Shown: piece by piece, positions 1-12,065 of the stretch | How positions within the stretch are numbered: the first letter of the stretch is position 1 | Layout: the number at the start of each line of letters is the position of its first letter | Assembly (NCBI GenBank): GCA_964016885.1 | Contig: OZ024743.1 | Span: 150,412,001 to 150,476,000, forward strand | From: Eledone cirrhosa | Lineage: Eukaryota | Length of the DNA stretch: 64,000 nt | Direction of reading: 5' to 3' | Position numbers and translations under genes: made by a program | Notes under the pieces: model-generated | Database searches by the model: none | What the model was told of the DNA's origin: nothing | The model's input: the letters and a program-made list of their open reading frames with translations, nothing else

Positions 1-117
1 TTTAGACGCCGCTCCAAGTCACCAGCTTCATCCTTATGCTGGTACCATGAGCGATTCGCCGAGATAGCGAACCACTGCGTGCAACCTTGCTCGTTTCATA
101 AGGCGGGAAACGCCTAA
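1..117 (+). pseudogene. gag: C-terminal end of gag with CHCC zinc knuckle
   Basis: Frame 1 reads FRRRSKSPASSLCWYHERFAEIANHCVQPCSFHKAGNA*. Confidence 0.85.
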
Positions 118-3080
118 GAAGTCCGCTGATGGGGGCAGTTGACCTCAACATAAAGCCACCAAACCGCCATTTCTTCATTAAGGAGCTTATGTCGGGAAGA
201 GGTTTCATCGTGGATACAGGAGCCTCCTGTAGTATTTGGCCGGTCCATTGCCTGAAAGATACCCCCCGAAGAGTCATCCGTTACTCTGCAGGCCGTTAAT
301 CACTCGTCTATAAAGACGTACGGACAAATCTCGCTTCCTCTCAAATTCCTAAATCTTCGTAGGGATTTTAAGTGGATTTTTACGGTTGCCGATTTGCCAT
401 ACCCTATCTTAGGAGCGGACTTCCTCCACAACTTCTCTTTGACTGTGGACGTCCGTGGCCAACGCCTGGTGGATGACATCACTGGTTTTTCAATTCGTGG
501 GCAGAAAGCTAATTTTCCAACGGTTAGCCCGACCTTTTTCATCGCTAATGCTGGGAATCTCTATCATGCATTGTTGAATTCTTTCCCACAGCTTACTCAG
601 GGAAATTTTCGAGTTGTCGAACCGACTCACACAACGGAGCATTTTATCTCTACAACTGGCGCCCCAGTGTTCTCTCTCACGCCCACGTCGCTTACCGGCG
701 GACAAATTAAAGGCAGCACGGTCCGAGTTCGACCATATGCTGCAGTTGGGCATTATTCGCCCATCTACGAGTCATTGGGCTTCACCGTTACACATGGTGC
801 CCAAGACTTCTGGTGACTGGAGATCCACTGGGGATTATACGAGGTTAAATGCTATGACCGTCCAGGATAGGTATCCCATTCCCCATCTCCAGGATTTCGC
901 ATCTTCATTGCAGGGGTGTAAGATTTTCTCAAAACTAGATTTAGTGCGAGCCTACCACCAAATTCCGGTCAGGAAGGAGGATATTCCGAAAACGGCGATT
1001 ACAACTCCTTTCGGATCCTTCGAATTTTTGACCATGCCTTTTGAACTCAGGAATGCCGCTAGCACTTTTCAGCGGTTCATAGACGAAGTCACTCGTGGTC
1101 TGGACTTTGTTTATGCTTACATAGACGATATTCTCGTCGCTAGTTCCTCGCCGGAAGAGCATATGCGCCACATGCATATCTTATTTCGGCGACTTCAGGA
1201 TTACCGCGTTCGTGTGAATCCTGCAAAGTGTGTTTACGGTTCCACTTCGCTAAATTTTTTAAGCCACCTCATCCACGCCGAAGGTATTAGGCCGCTCCCT
1301 CAGCGAGTTCTAGCCATACAGGATTTACCTCCGCCTACTACACTTCACCAGTTGCGTCACTTCTTAGGCCTTATCAATTTCTATAGGCGTTTCGTTCCTC
1401 ATTGTGCTAATTTGCTATCTTCATTTTGAAAAATCGTCGTAAGAAGAATGAGGTTATTTCCTTGACACAAGGACAGCTTCAAGACTTCCAGACTACCAAG
1501 ACAGCACTCGCTAGTTCATCTTTGCTAGCCCAGCCGGTACCAAAGGCCAAGCTTTCGCTTTGTGTTGATGCATCTGATACCGCTGTGGGAGCAGTTTTAC
1601 AGCAGTTCAACGCTGGAAACCAACAACCTTTGGCATTTTTCTCGAGGAAGCTGAAACCAGCAGAAACGCGTTACAGCACGTTTGGGCGGTAATTATTAGC
1701 CATATATCTGTCGGTGAAACATTTCTCTCATATTCTTGAGGGGAGAAATTTTAACCGACCACAAACCTCTAACCTTCGCTTTGAGGGCTAAAGCCGACAG
1801 ATATTCGCCCAGAGAGACAAGGAACCTGGACTACGTTTCGCAATTTACAAATGATATCCAGCACATTGCTGGCTCGCTTAACATAGCTGCAGACGCATTG
1901 TCACGTTTACCAATCAGCTCCATCTCGTCATCCCAGGAGATCAACTTAGGTCGTTTAGCTGCAGACCAACCTGCACTCCAATCGTTGGATACTCTTTCTG
2001 CCGAATTTGCGACTTGCATCTTCAAATATCTGCCCTTGTCGACCACCAGCAGGCAGATTCTATGTGATGTATCTACGGATTCACCACGACCATTTGTTCC
2101 TGAGACTCACCGTCGAATTGTGTTCCTTGCTTTGCATAGCATTTCTCACCCAGGAATTTCTGCCACAGTAAAGCTTATAACGGCTAGATTTTTCTGGCCC
2201 ACTATGAGGCGAGAAATTACTGCCTGGTGCCGTTCCTGCACACAGTGTCAAAAATCTAAAGTCCACAGACACATCCGGACTCCACTTGGTACTTTCAGTA
2301 CTCCAGATGCTCGGTTTCAACACATCCACATTGACATTCAGCAGTGGATATTCGTACCTCTTGACCTGTATCGATCGTTTTTCGCGATGGCCTGACGCCA
2401 TTCCTTTACAAGATATTACTGCTGAGACTGTAGCACGTTCCCTGGTATCAGGGTGGATTACCCGCTTTGGGGTACCAACTACAGTCACCTCAGACCGTGG
2501 TAGACAATTTGAGTCTCATCTTTTCTCTGAGCTCACAAAGATAATTGGCGCTCAACGGATTCGGACAACAGCCTATCATCCTGCTTCAAACGGAATGGTG
2601 GAACGATTTCACCGCCAATTAAAGGCCGCTCTTCGCGCCTATCCAGACTTTCAACGTTGGAGCGAGTACCTTCCTATTGTGTTGTTAGGAATTCGGTCAT
2701 CAATAAAGGAGGACCTTGGGTTCTCCCCTGCCGAATTACTGTATGGTGCTCCTCTAGCGTTGCCTGGGCAAATGCTTGCTCCTGTTGATCTTGCTTTCCA
2801 GGACCCTGTTTCCTACGTATATCGTTTACGCTCCTATTTTTAGGACTTACCACCCATGAATACTAGGAAACAAACTATTAAAGCTGCAGTCCCGAGGGAT
2901 ATTGCCTCGTGGGCACATGTGTTCGTAAGAAACGATGCCGTGAGACCACCTCTCACACAACCGTACTCTGGACCCTACCGTGTATTAGCTCGTTCTGATA
3001 AACATTTCACTGTAGACATTAAGGGATCCAGAGAGACCATTGCGGTTGATAGACTTAAACGGACCCACACAGATGCTCAC
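105..3080 (+). pseudogene. pol: pol (PR-RT-RNaseH-IN) broken by several frameshifts and stops
   Basis: Domains are split over ORFs 394-816, 614-1429, 1426-1692, 1736-2395, 2286-2843 and 2856-; the protease lies in the -1 frame from GGGAAAC at 105-111. Confidence 0.9.
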
Positions 3081-3470
3081 ACACCTGAGCCACATACACC
3101 CCCATCTTTCTCTTTTGCACACACACCTGTTTCTCCCCCCCCCCCCCCCCACCAAGATACAAGACCACGACCCGTTCCGGTCGAAGAGTCCACTGGCCCA
3201 AGGAACTCTTCCAAACTTTTATCATATGAACTGGCCACTGGAGCCTTTTTGGAAACAAACTCTGCCAAACTGTTTTCATGTGAACTGGCCACTGGAGCCA
3301 TTTTGTTTTTCTCTTTATGGTATTACTATGTACCTTATCTTTACCATTTCATGCCTGATTTCATACATGTACCCCTTGCGTTGATATTTCATGCTTGTGC
3401 TGGGAGCCCATGCTTGTGGGTTCGCTACAGTTACCTTCGGGCTGTTCGCCTAGCGTCTGGAGGAGGGTAC

Positions 3471-3948
3471 TGTAGCGGCCCCTTACGGCTGTGACTCAGC
3501 ACGTATAGGAGTTGCGTCCCTTTACGACGGTCGTAACTCAGCACGGGCGCTACTCCCAGCGGCAGATTCATGTACTAAGCGGAGTTGCGTCCTCCTGGGG
3601 ACTATATAGTCGAGGACAATCAAGGCATAAGACACACTCTACTCCTGGACTTCGCAGGGACAAGAACACCTGAGACCTTGTCAAGAGATGACTCCTGTCT
3701 CACTTCCTTCGCACACAAGAAGAAGAACACCGGCAGCCTAAAGAAACACTTGAGCCTTACCAAGAGAAGATTTTCTGTTCTTCTCCACACACTCCAGTCT
3801 GGGGAGTTGTGACCACCTGAACATCAACATGTGGTAACAATTATTTATAACAATTTATTTGACTTCTGTGAAGTAAAACCATGTCACAACTCTCACCTGC
3901 ATTTATTGTCATTCTTGATAATATTTATATACAGTGATACTAATTTCC

Positions 3949-3952
<4 letters not shown>
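3471..3952 (+). repeat. 3' LTR of the Gypsy element (right end approximate)
   Basis: Begins TGTAGCGG directly after the PPT; TATA-like CTATATAG near 3602; AGTAAA near 3871; ends CTAAA (probably decayed CTACA) at a (TA)n tract. Confidence 0.7.
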
Positions 3953-3981
<29 letters not shown>

Positions 3982-3983
<2 letters not shown>

Positions 3984-4395
3984 CTACCCCCCATTGTTCT
4001 ACCTACCGTTCCGACTTCCCCCCCCCTCCCCTGTATCTTCTTTGACCTCATGCCCAGCTGTAGCTGGCACTACAAACGCTTGATTGGGGCTACTCCACCC
4101 CCTCCCCTCTTTCTCCTACTGGCAGGTTTAGCCACCATCTCCCCTACTAATTTGCAACCACAGAATTACTACTGATTTTTGACAATCACTTTGACCATAT
4201 ATGGAATTACCCCTTGAGAAGATCGGCTATTTAAATACCAGGATAAATTTTCATTTAGTCCAGAATTAGCCGTCGAAACGGCTTGAGCTCAGCTGTCGGG
4301 GTCTTACTGGTTCCTATTACCCACTCTACTACCTGAAGTATTGAGTACTTTGGTGCGTTATGGTCCACCTGGTTCCTTACCACATTTCCTTCGTT
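3982..4395 (+). mobile_element. PLE pseudo-LTR-like module with hammerhead (family A)
   Basis: Flanked by (TA)n on both sides; 4258-4395 is near-identical to 11430-11567 and ends at the same base. Confidence 0.7.
4209..4302 (+). ncRNA. Type I hammerhead ribozyme, U3-A8 variant core
   Basis: Stem I ACCCC/GGGGT; core TTGAGAA 4214-4220; stem II GA(T)CGGCTA/TAGCCGTC; GAAA 4275-4278; stem III ACGGCT/AGCTGT with loop TGAGCTC; GUC cleavage after 4297. Confidence 0.8.
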
Positions 4396-5560
4396 ATATA
4401 TATATATATATATATATAGTATACATATATACACATTAAATATATATGCATGTGTGTGTGTATATGTATAGTACATATATGGTATGTATTAAATACTTCT
4501 AACATTAAACCATAATTTTCTTAAAATATCTTGATGCCCATAGGCCTGAACAACAATAATTATAGATACCTAGTTTGTCTTTCAAAATGTTCTTGAATTT
4601 ATGGAATGATTATGTCATTTACTCTCCCCCTTAATTAGAATTAATTGAGATATGATGAATACATGTATTAGTGTGTGGTACTTATGTATGTGTATATATG
4701 GCAATACAGTTACTTGGATTGTTTGTAAACTGTCTCCTTAGCATAAATGCAGAGATATATTTTTACTTCTTAATTATTTCTTTGTTTCTTTTAACAAAGC
4801 AGTTAATTTTACTTTTACCATATAATGAATAACATTGATAAAATATAGATTGACCTGAACTTCTTAACATGATATTGAATGTCCAAGGGAAGAATTCTGG
4901 AGCCTAAGAAACAAAATATTGCCTTCTAGGGAAATAAGCTTTCAACACACACTCTTCCAATTGCTACCATTACTCATACATAATATTCAATTGTTATTGC
5001 ACCTTTTACCCTTCTCAATCTGCAAGTTTGACTTGCTGATTTCATAGATGGCAGTCAGCACCTATATGCTTGTAAATTACATGTTCTTCCAAGCTGAAAG
5101 TGTTTGAATGTATATAAGAAAAGTTGGGCATGCATGTGCAAAAGTTCTTTATAAAGTTGTTATCACTCGGAAATATATATATATTTTTTTTTTATCAAAG
5201 AGACCACTTAAAAAGTTAATGCCTGCTTTCTTTTCATTTTAGGGATATTTATTTCTAACAGACAACATTAAACTTGTGCCAAGTATCTTTCAGATTATTG
5301 TTAGTATATATATATATATATATACACACATACACACACATATATATATATACATATGTATATATATATATACATACATACATATATACAAAGAATTATT
5401 TATATAATGTATGTGTGTGTGTGTGTAGGTATATATGCAAGCATGGAAAAACAGGCGTAAAAATGTAATGATGATGATGATAATATACATAATATATCTA
5501 ATGTATATATATGTGCATGTATGTTTATACATATATTCATATGAGAAAGAGAAAAAGAGA

Positions 5561-5701
5561 TCATTGCATGAGAACTATTGCAATTTCAAAAGTGTTTCCA
5601 CTGATATCAACTCCATTAGATTTTGGACAATCTTCAACTGCAGCAAAGAATTGTTCTCCCTGCTGCAAATGTTGATGAAAGGTGTCCTTAAGTGAACCTA
5701 C
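5561..5701 (-). CDS. Candidate terminal coding exon or pseudo-exon of an unidentified gene
   Basis: TTTCTGTCAG acceptor-like site, then an open frame VGSLKDTFHQHLQQGEQFFAAVEDCPKSNGVDISGNTFEIAIVLMQ*; AATAAA on the minus strand at 5248-5253; no homology recognised. Confidence 0.3.
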   Translation of the reverse strand, partial: VGSLKDTFHQHLQQGEQFFAAVEDCPKSNGVDISGNTFEIAIVLMQ

Positions 5702-6678
5702 CTGACAGAAACTTTTCATATTTTACAGATAACCAAGTTTGTAAGGGGTATAGTAATAATGATGATAATAATAAACATGACAATAATATAACAAAGACAA
5801 CAACAACTACGATGGTGATGATGCTGATGATGATCTTTTAGAACCAATCAAAGAATCCATTAAAATATACACTTTGATTGAAAATTTATAGTGATTCAAA
5901 AGTAGCATAGTTATGAAGGAGCATTTATGACAGCACAGAACTAAATTTAGTGACATTACATAAAATAAATCTACTAATATGCTGCCTGACACTTGGCGTT
6001 ATTTAACATTTATTTTATAATATTTTATTATTATTTCTCTTTGATGTTATTTTCTTTAAATCAGATTTGTCAGGGTCACAGTAGACTCTTAAGCAGAACA
6101 ACTTGAACTTATCTATCAAAATATCTTCTTTCTTATTAACTTTCAGATATTGTATCATTGCTTGTAACTGAGGACTTGTAGCAATGAGGTTTCTAATAGA
6201 GATCACTCATTTGAAAAATGACAATTTTTATATGTTGATCTTTCCTTCTTTACATATAGATGTTTTCTCAATTTTTTTTAAAGCAGTGACTATAGATTTT
6301 GTTTTGATAAACATTTACTGGTGATGTCCATTTGCATATAGTAAGTAGAAAACATTAGCTGAAAATGCTAATTTGCATATAGTACAAACTTTACTGGGTA
6401 TAGCTAATTAACAGTCACACTAAGACAGCATTTAAGCATATACTATATACTGTTCATCATGCAAAATCTATATAGGCTATAGTGTATCCCCATCTCAGTA
6501 CCGGTTGAATGAATATCCTTGATGAAAGATTAATGAATCCTGAAATGACACTGTCTGGCATTCTTCACTGCTTCTGACAAATCTGGGATGTGTTCACCGA
6601 GAAAAATAACTTTTTTATTACAAAAAAATATGTTTCTTTGATAGCGAGGCCACCATATGTTTATTAGACATATTCTTG

Positions 6679-6681
<3 letters not shown>

Positions 6682-6775
<94 letters not shown>

Positions 6776-6937
6776 GTGTGTGTGTGTGTATATATATGTG
6801 TGTGTGTGTGTGTATATATGTGTGTATGTGTGTGTATATATACGTGTGTATGTGTGTGTGTATATGTATATTTGTGTATATATGTGTATGTGGGTGTATA
6901 TGTATATATATATGTATGTGTATATATATGTATATAT

Positions 6938-6973
<36 letters not shown>

Positions 6974-7134
6974 GTGAATATATATATGTATATATATATA
7001 TATATATATGTGTGTGTATGTGTGTGTATGTATGTGTGTGTGTTTATATACGTGTGTATGTGTGTATATATTTTTTTATATCTATATATATGTGTATGAG
7101 TATATGTGTATGTATGTGTATATATATATATGTG

Positions 7135-7208
<74 letters not shown>
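6682..7208. repeat. Compound (TA)n/(TG)n microsatellite
   Basis: Direct reading. Confidence 0.97.
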
Positions 7209-7209
<1 letters not shown>

Positions 7210-7212
<3 letters not shown>

Positions 7213-7600
7213 GGTATCCACAGTAAGTTGTGGGATCTATTCTGCATGAAGAACTCGATGTAATCTATATATTGAAAATGTTGTAGGTTAAGATAAATCT
7301 CGGAAAACAATAAAAGATTAAAAGGAAAACAGAATCATGATATAAGTTAAAACAATGAAATAAAAAACCAAGTTATTAGAGATATACTTCACTGCTTTAC
7401 GATCGTTTCTAGATGATGATAATACATTGATATGCATGTAAGTAAATATTCTCTTTATCTGATAGTTTGTAACTAACCTTACATAGATCAATAACTGAGT
7501 ATAGTTACAATGTATTATCATCATATAGAAACGATCGTAAAGCAGTGAAGTATATCTCTAATGACTTGATTCTTTATTTCATTGTTTTAACTTATATCAT
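7210..7600 (-). mobile_element. Foldback PLE pseudo-LTR remnant related to the 57841-61255 family; only the HHR 3' half is present
   Basis: Inverted arms of about 92 bp (7338-7429 / 7508-7599), each with GAAACGATCGTA; shares ATGAAGAACTCRATGTAATC and GATAGTTTGTA...ACATAGATC with 60958-61215. Confidence 0.65.
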
Positions 7601-10070
7601 CATCACGTTTACAGTGTGGACTGGGAGGTTTTACCGTGTTACCTACACGGCCACATTACAGCGTGGACTGTGTGTTTTTTTGTCTTGACACCTACACGAC
7701 CTCATTTGTTTCGGCCTGGATGTTGTGGTACCAACATAACTTTACATTGAAAGGGGTGATGTGGATGGGGTGGGGGTAGTGTGACAGGTGTGTATTTTTG
7801 TTAGAGGTGCCTACTGACTGTAGTAGGTTTCACTTTGTACTTAGGTAAGGCGGGTCTTCTCTATTACTGTGTAGCGCCAAAGATCTCGGTCCAGTGACAT
7901 TGTCTTGGAGAGGTGTAAGTGTGTGAGGTTGGAATTTATCAAGTCGTCCCAGGTTTTTCTGGGTCTGCCTACTCCGTGGCTACCGTCTATCTTTATTGCC
8001 CTGCACTTTTTTATACAGCTGTCGTCTTTCCTGCGCATCACGTGACCATACCAACGTAGTCTTCTCTCGAGTAAATAACATCTGATCCCTCTTATTTCTA
8101 ATTTTTCCCTTAGTTTGTTTATGCTTTGCCGTTCACGTATATTACTATTACACATCCAACGGAGCATGCAAGCTTCGTTCCTCTCCAGTCTGCGTATATC
8201 CTCTGCACACAATGCCCAGATCTCACTGCCATGTAACATTGCTGTTCATATGCAGGCATCATACAGCGTGCCTTTCATTTTTAGAGAGAACCCTTTAGCG
8301 GCTAATAGTGGTATAAGCTCTCTGAACTTTTTCCATCCAGTTCTGACTCTAGCTACTGTACTTTCAGAGCTCCCTCCACCACAGCTGATTTTGTCACCCA
8401 AGTAACGGAAGCTGTCCACTATTTCTATAGAACCATCTGTGCAATGGAATGAGCTAGTATTCTGTGGGCACTTGCTGCTACTTATTGCACCAGAGCACCG
8501 GCCACATATAAAATCTATGTTCTTAGATAGCTTACCTGTGATCCTACTACATCTTTTATGCACCCATACTTTGCATTTGGGACATAAAATGGAGTTTCTA
8601 CCTACTCCTTTCCTACACACTGGCCATTTTCCGGATGGGACCGGTGCCCTATTTTCCTTCCTACAAACTAGAACTTTAGTCTTAGACAGGTTAATTTTAA
8701 GGCCTTTTGATTCTAGGCCATGCTTCCATGTTTGGAATTTCTTCTCTAGTTCAGCCATTGATTCAGCTATGAGCGTTAGATCATCTGCGTATAGGAGTTC
8801 CCATGGGCAGCCGGTCTTGAACTCCACTGTTATAGCCTGAATGGCAATAATAAATAGTAGGGGGCTAAGAACGGAGCCCTGATGAACACCAACTTTTACG
8901 CTAAACTCTTCACTATATTCGTTGTTAATTCTAACCTTGCTGACTGTTTCTTTATACATGGCTTGTATAGCTCTCACAAGCCATTCATCAACACCTAGTT
9001 TTCTAAGAGCCCACCAGATAATGGAACGGGGGGCTCTGTCAAAGGCTTTCTCCAAGTCAACAAAAGCTAAGTATAGGGGTTTACTTTTAACTAGGTACTT
9101 CTCCTGTAGTTGTTGTACAATGAAAAGAGCGTCTGTGGTACTTTTACCTGACACAAACCCGAACTGTATTTCATCTAGATCAATTCGCTCTCTGATTAGT
9201 TGCGCTATTACTTTTACTGTGACCTTCATGACCTGGTCGATTAATTTAATGCCTCTATAGTTACCCCTATCTAGGACATCTCCTTTACCCTTGTAGCAGT
9301 TAATGATGATGCTGCTACACCAGTCCTTCGGAACAACCCCATTCTGTATGACTTGATTTACTATCCGGGTGACCATGGTGTGTCCCATCGTTCCAGAAGC
9401 TTTCAGCATTTCAGCAACTATTTCCAAAGGCCCTGCCGCCTTACCCGTCTTCATATCATTGATTGCCTTACTTATTATACTACCTTCGACTAACACTGCT
9501 GGTCCCTCTATTGGATCGATGTGGGGGAGACTGTCTTTCTCCCATTTATTCTCCTCATTTAGTAGCCTTTCGTAGTGACACTTCCAATCTACCTTCCTAT
9601 CAGCGTCAGTGATGGCAAGTACGCCATCATCATTAAGGACACACTTCCCCACAACAATATCACAGTTTTCGTTGACACATTGCCTAGCAATCCTGAACAC
9701 CTCACGTGTTTGGTCCTCGCGCTGTAGAACATGCTTGAACTTTCTTTCCTCTGCTTCCCTTCTTGTGAAGTACACTTGTCTCCTAGCTTCCCTCCTGGCC
9801 ACTTGATAGTCTTCTCTACTTCCCCCATCCCGCTATACTTTCCAAGCCTGCTTTTTGACCTTAACTCCTCCACCTTACTGTTCCACCACCATGTTACTCT
9901 CCTCCTGCCTACAGGCCTGCTCCAGCCGCAGACTTCATCTGCCGCCATCAGCAGGTTTGCTTTCAGGAATTCCCACTGTTCCTCTATATTGTACGACTCT
10001 AATTGCTCTTCCTTACTGTCGAAAGCATCAAGTAATATGCTTTTAAATTTATTACTGGCTGTGGGGTCCT
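7597..10070 (-). mobile_element. RTE-clade LINE, 5'-truncated, with frameshifts
   Basis: ORFs 8246-9802 and 7841-8239: [50 protein letters not shown]; short (GAT)n tail. Confidence 0.95.
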
Positions 10071-10109
10071 TTATATATATATATATATATATATGTCTGT
10101 ATATGTATG

Positions 10110-10160
<51 letters not shown>

Positions 10161-10161
10161 G

Positions 10162-10199
<38 letters not shown>

Positions 10200-10202
10200 T
10201 AT

Positions 10203-10718
10203 GCAGACCTAGAAAAACCTGGGACGAGCTGATAAACTCCGACATCACACACTTACACCTCTCCAAGACAATGTCACTGGACCGAGACCTTTGGCGGTAC
10301 TCAGTAACAGAGAAGACCCGCCTTACCTAAATATATAGTAAAACCTACTCCAGCCAGTAGGCATCTCTAACAAATACACCCCGTCCCACCACCCCCACCC
10401 GATCCACACCACCCCGTTCTATGTAAAGTTATGTTGGTGCCGCGCCATCGAGGCCGAAACAAATGAGATCGTGTAGGTGTCACGACAAAAAAACACACAG
10501 TCCACGCTGTAATGTGGCCGTGTAGGCAACACGGTAAAAACCTCCCAGACCCACACTGTAAATGTGGTTGGTGTTAGGAAGGGCATCCAACTGTAGAAAA
10601 CCTGCCAGACAGTCCTATGCGAGCAAGACAATCACTCTTGCCTCAAGTGGGACTACCCCCGTCCAAACCCATGCAAGCGTGGAACACGGACGTTAAACGT
10701 TGATGATGATGATGATGA
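10203..10718 (+). mobile_element. 3' end of the same RTE family (ORF end, 3' UTR, (GAT)n tail)
   Basis: [41 protein letters not shown]; near-identical to the reverse complement of 50531-51055. Confidence 0.9.
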
Positions 10719-10729
10719 TATATGTGTGT

Positions 10730-10765
<36 letters not shown>

Positions 10766-10840
10766 CTATATGTGTGTGTATGTGTGTATATATGTGTGTA
10801 TATATGTATATATATATATATATATGTATATGTGTGCGTA

Positions 10841-10910
<70 letters not shown>

Positions 10911-10914
<4 letters not shown>

Positions 10915-11258
10915 GTTTTAATATAGATGAGATTCTACAGGACTAGAACTGTTTCATTCTTTAGAAATCATCAGGAATCTGCTTTCCAAAAATAAATGTT
11001 GTGGTATTTATATCTTTTCAGGTGGTAGGAGAGGGTGGGGAGTGGGAAGGGGAGAGGTCATTGGTTGAAAGAAAAGGGAATTTATCAGAAGCTAATTCTT
11101 TAAGGCTATAAATCATATTTAGAGTGACAAAGGCAGAAAGAATTCTATAAACAGGTTCAGAATGGGGTGCCACTCCTTATTTTAAAGTTTCTCTTAAGCT
11201 AACAATGCCTATATTTCAGGTGTCTATAAGATCGTTGGGGGTCGGTCATGGGTGATGG
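10911..11258 (-). mobile_element. PLE 3' fragment (family B) with CCAAT/TATA-like motifs and a hammerhead
   Basis: On the minus strand: possible decayed GIY-YIG end (ETLK...WHPILN), CCAAT near 11062, TATAAATA near 11008, then the HHR; flanked by (TA)n. Confidence 0.6.
10931..10979 (-). ncRNA. Type I hammerhead ribozyme
   Basis: Minus strand GATTC CTGATGA TTTCTAAAGAAT GAA ACAG TTCTAGTC CTGT A GAATC; the base of stem II is a U-U mismatch. Confidence 0.75.
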
Positions 11259-11313
11259 ATATATATATATATATGTGTGTGTATATTTGTGTATGTATGT
11301 ATATGTGTATGTA

Positions 11314-11370
<57 letters not shown>

Positions 11371-11373
<3 letters not shown>

Positions 11374-11567
11374 GAAACCAGTAAGACCCCGACAGCTGAG
11401 CTCAAGCCGTTTCGACGGCTAATTCTGGAGTCCAGAATTAGCCGTCGAAACGGCTTGAGCTCAGCTGTCGGGGTCTTACTGGTTCCTATTACCCACTCTA
11501 CTACCTCAAGTATTGAGTACTTTGGTGCGTTATGGTCCACCTGGTTCCTTACCACATTTCCTTCGTT
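11371..11567 (+). mobile_element. Family A pseudo-LTR fragment whose 5' end is a 119-bp near-perfect palindrome
   Basis: 11371-11429 is the reverse complement of 11431-11489 (1 mismatch, 1-nt centre); tail 11490-11567 matches 4318-4395. Confidence 0.85.
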
Positions 11568-11662
11568 ATATATATATTTATATATATATATGTGTGTGTA
11601 TGTGTGTATGTATGTGTGTGTATCTATCTATGTATATATATATATGTATATGTATATATATA

Positions 11663-12065
11663 TATCTATCTATCTAAGGCGGGTAAAATTCCTGAGATCC
11701 ATGGACGAGTTCTTTCCAGCGGTCTCTGTCCCTCATTATCGCTGCCATGTCCTGCATCTCCAACAGACCAGTGTCTGTCCTTAGGGCATCCCTTAGGGCA
11801 TCAACATACATTAACCTTGGTCTTCCGCTTCTAGTGTGTCCATGTTAGGGCTCCCAACTCAGATGGTCGATGGGTGCTACACGAGAATGCTGAGGATGGC
11901 TCTGAACATTAATCAGTATACACTGAGGATGAAAAACTCAGAGCTGTATGGGAGCATCCCAAAAGTCAGCTCAAAAGTGACACAGAGGAGACTGAGGTTA
12001 GCTGGATTTGCTCACCAACATCCAGAGTTGACATTGCACTCAGTGCTCCTGTGGGAGCCTCTACA

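Larger units (their letters stand above)
1..3952 (+). mobile_element. Ty3/Gypsy LTR retrotransposon, CsRn1/Boudicca/Kabuki-like lineage; 5' part outside the window; decayed
   Basis: Gag CHCC knuckle CWYH-x9-C-x3-C, protease FIVDTGAS, RT ([14 protein letters not shown]), RNase H (DASDTAVGAVLQQ), integrase (HHCC finger, [22 protein letters not shown]), PPT TCTGGAGGAGGGTAC 3456-3470 followed by TGTAGC. Confidence 0.95.

Noticed and set aside
4059-4074. TGTAGCTGGCACTACA as the right end of the Gypsy LTR
   Set aside because: It lies beyond a (TA)n tract inside the separate family A module; the LTR more plausibly ends near 3952.
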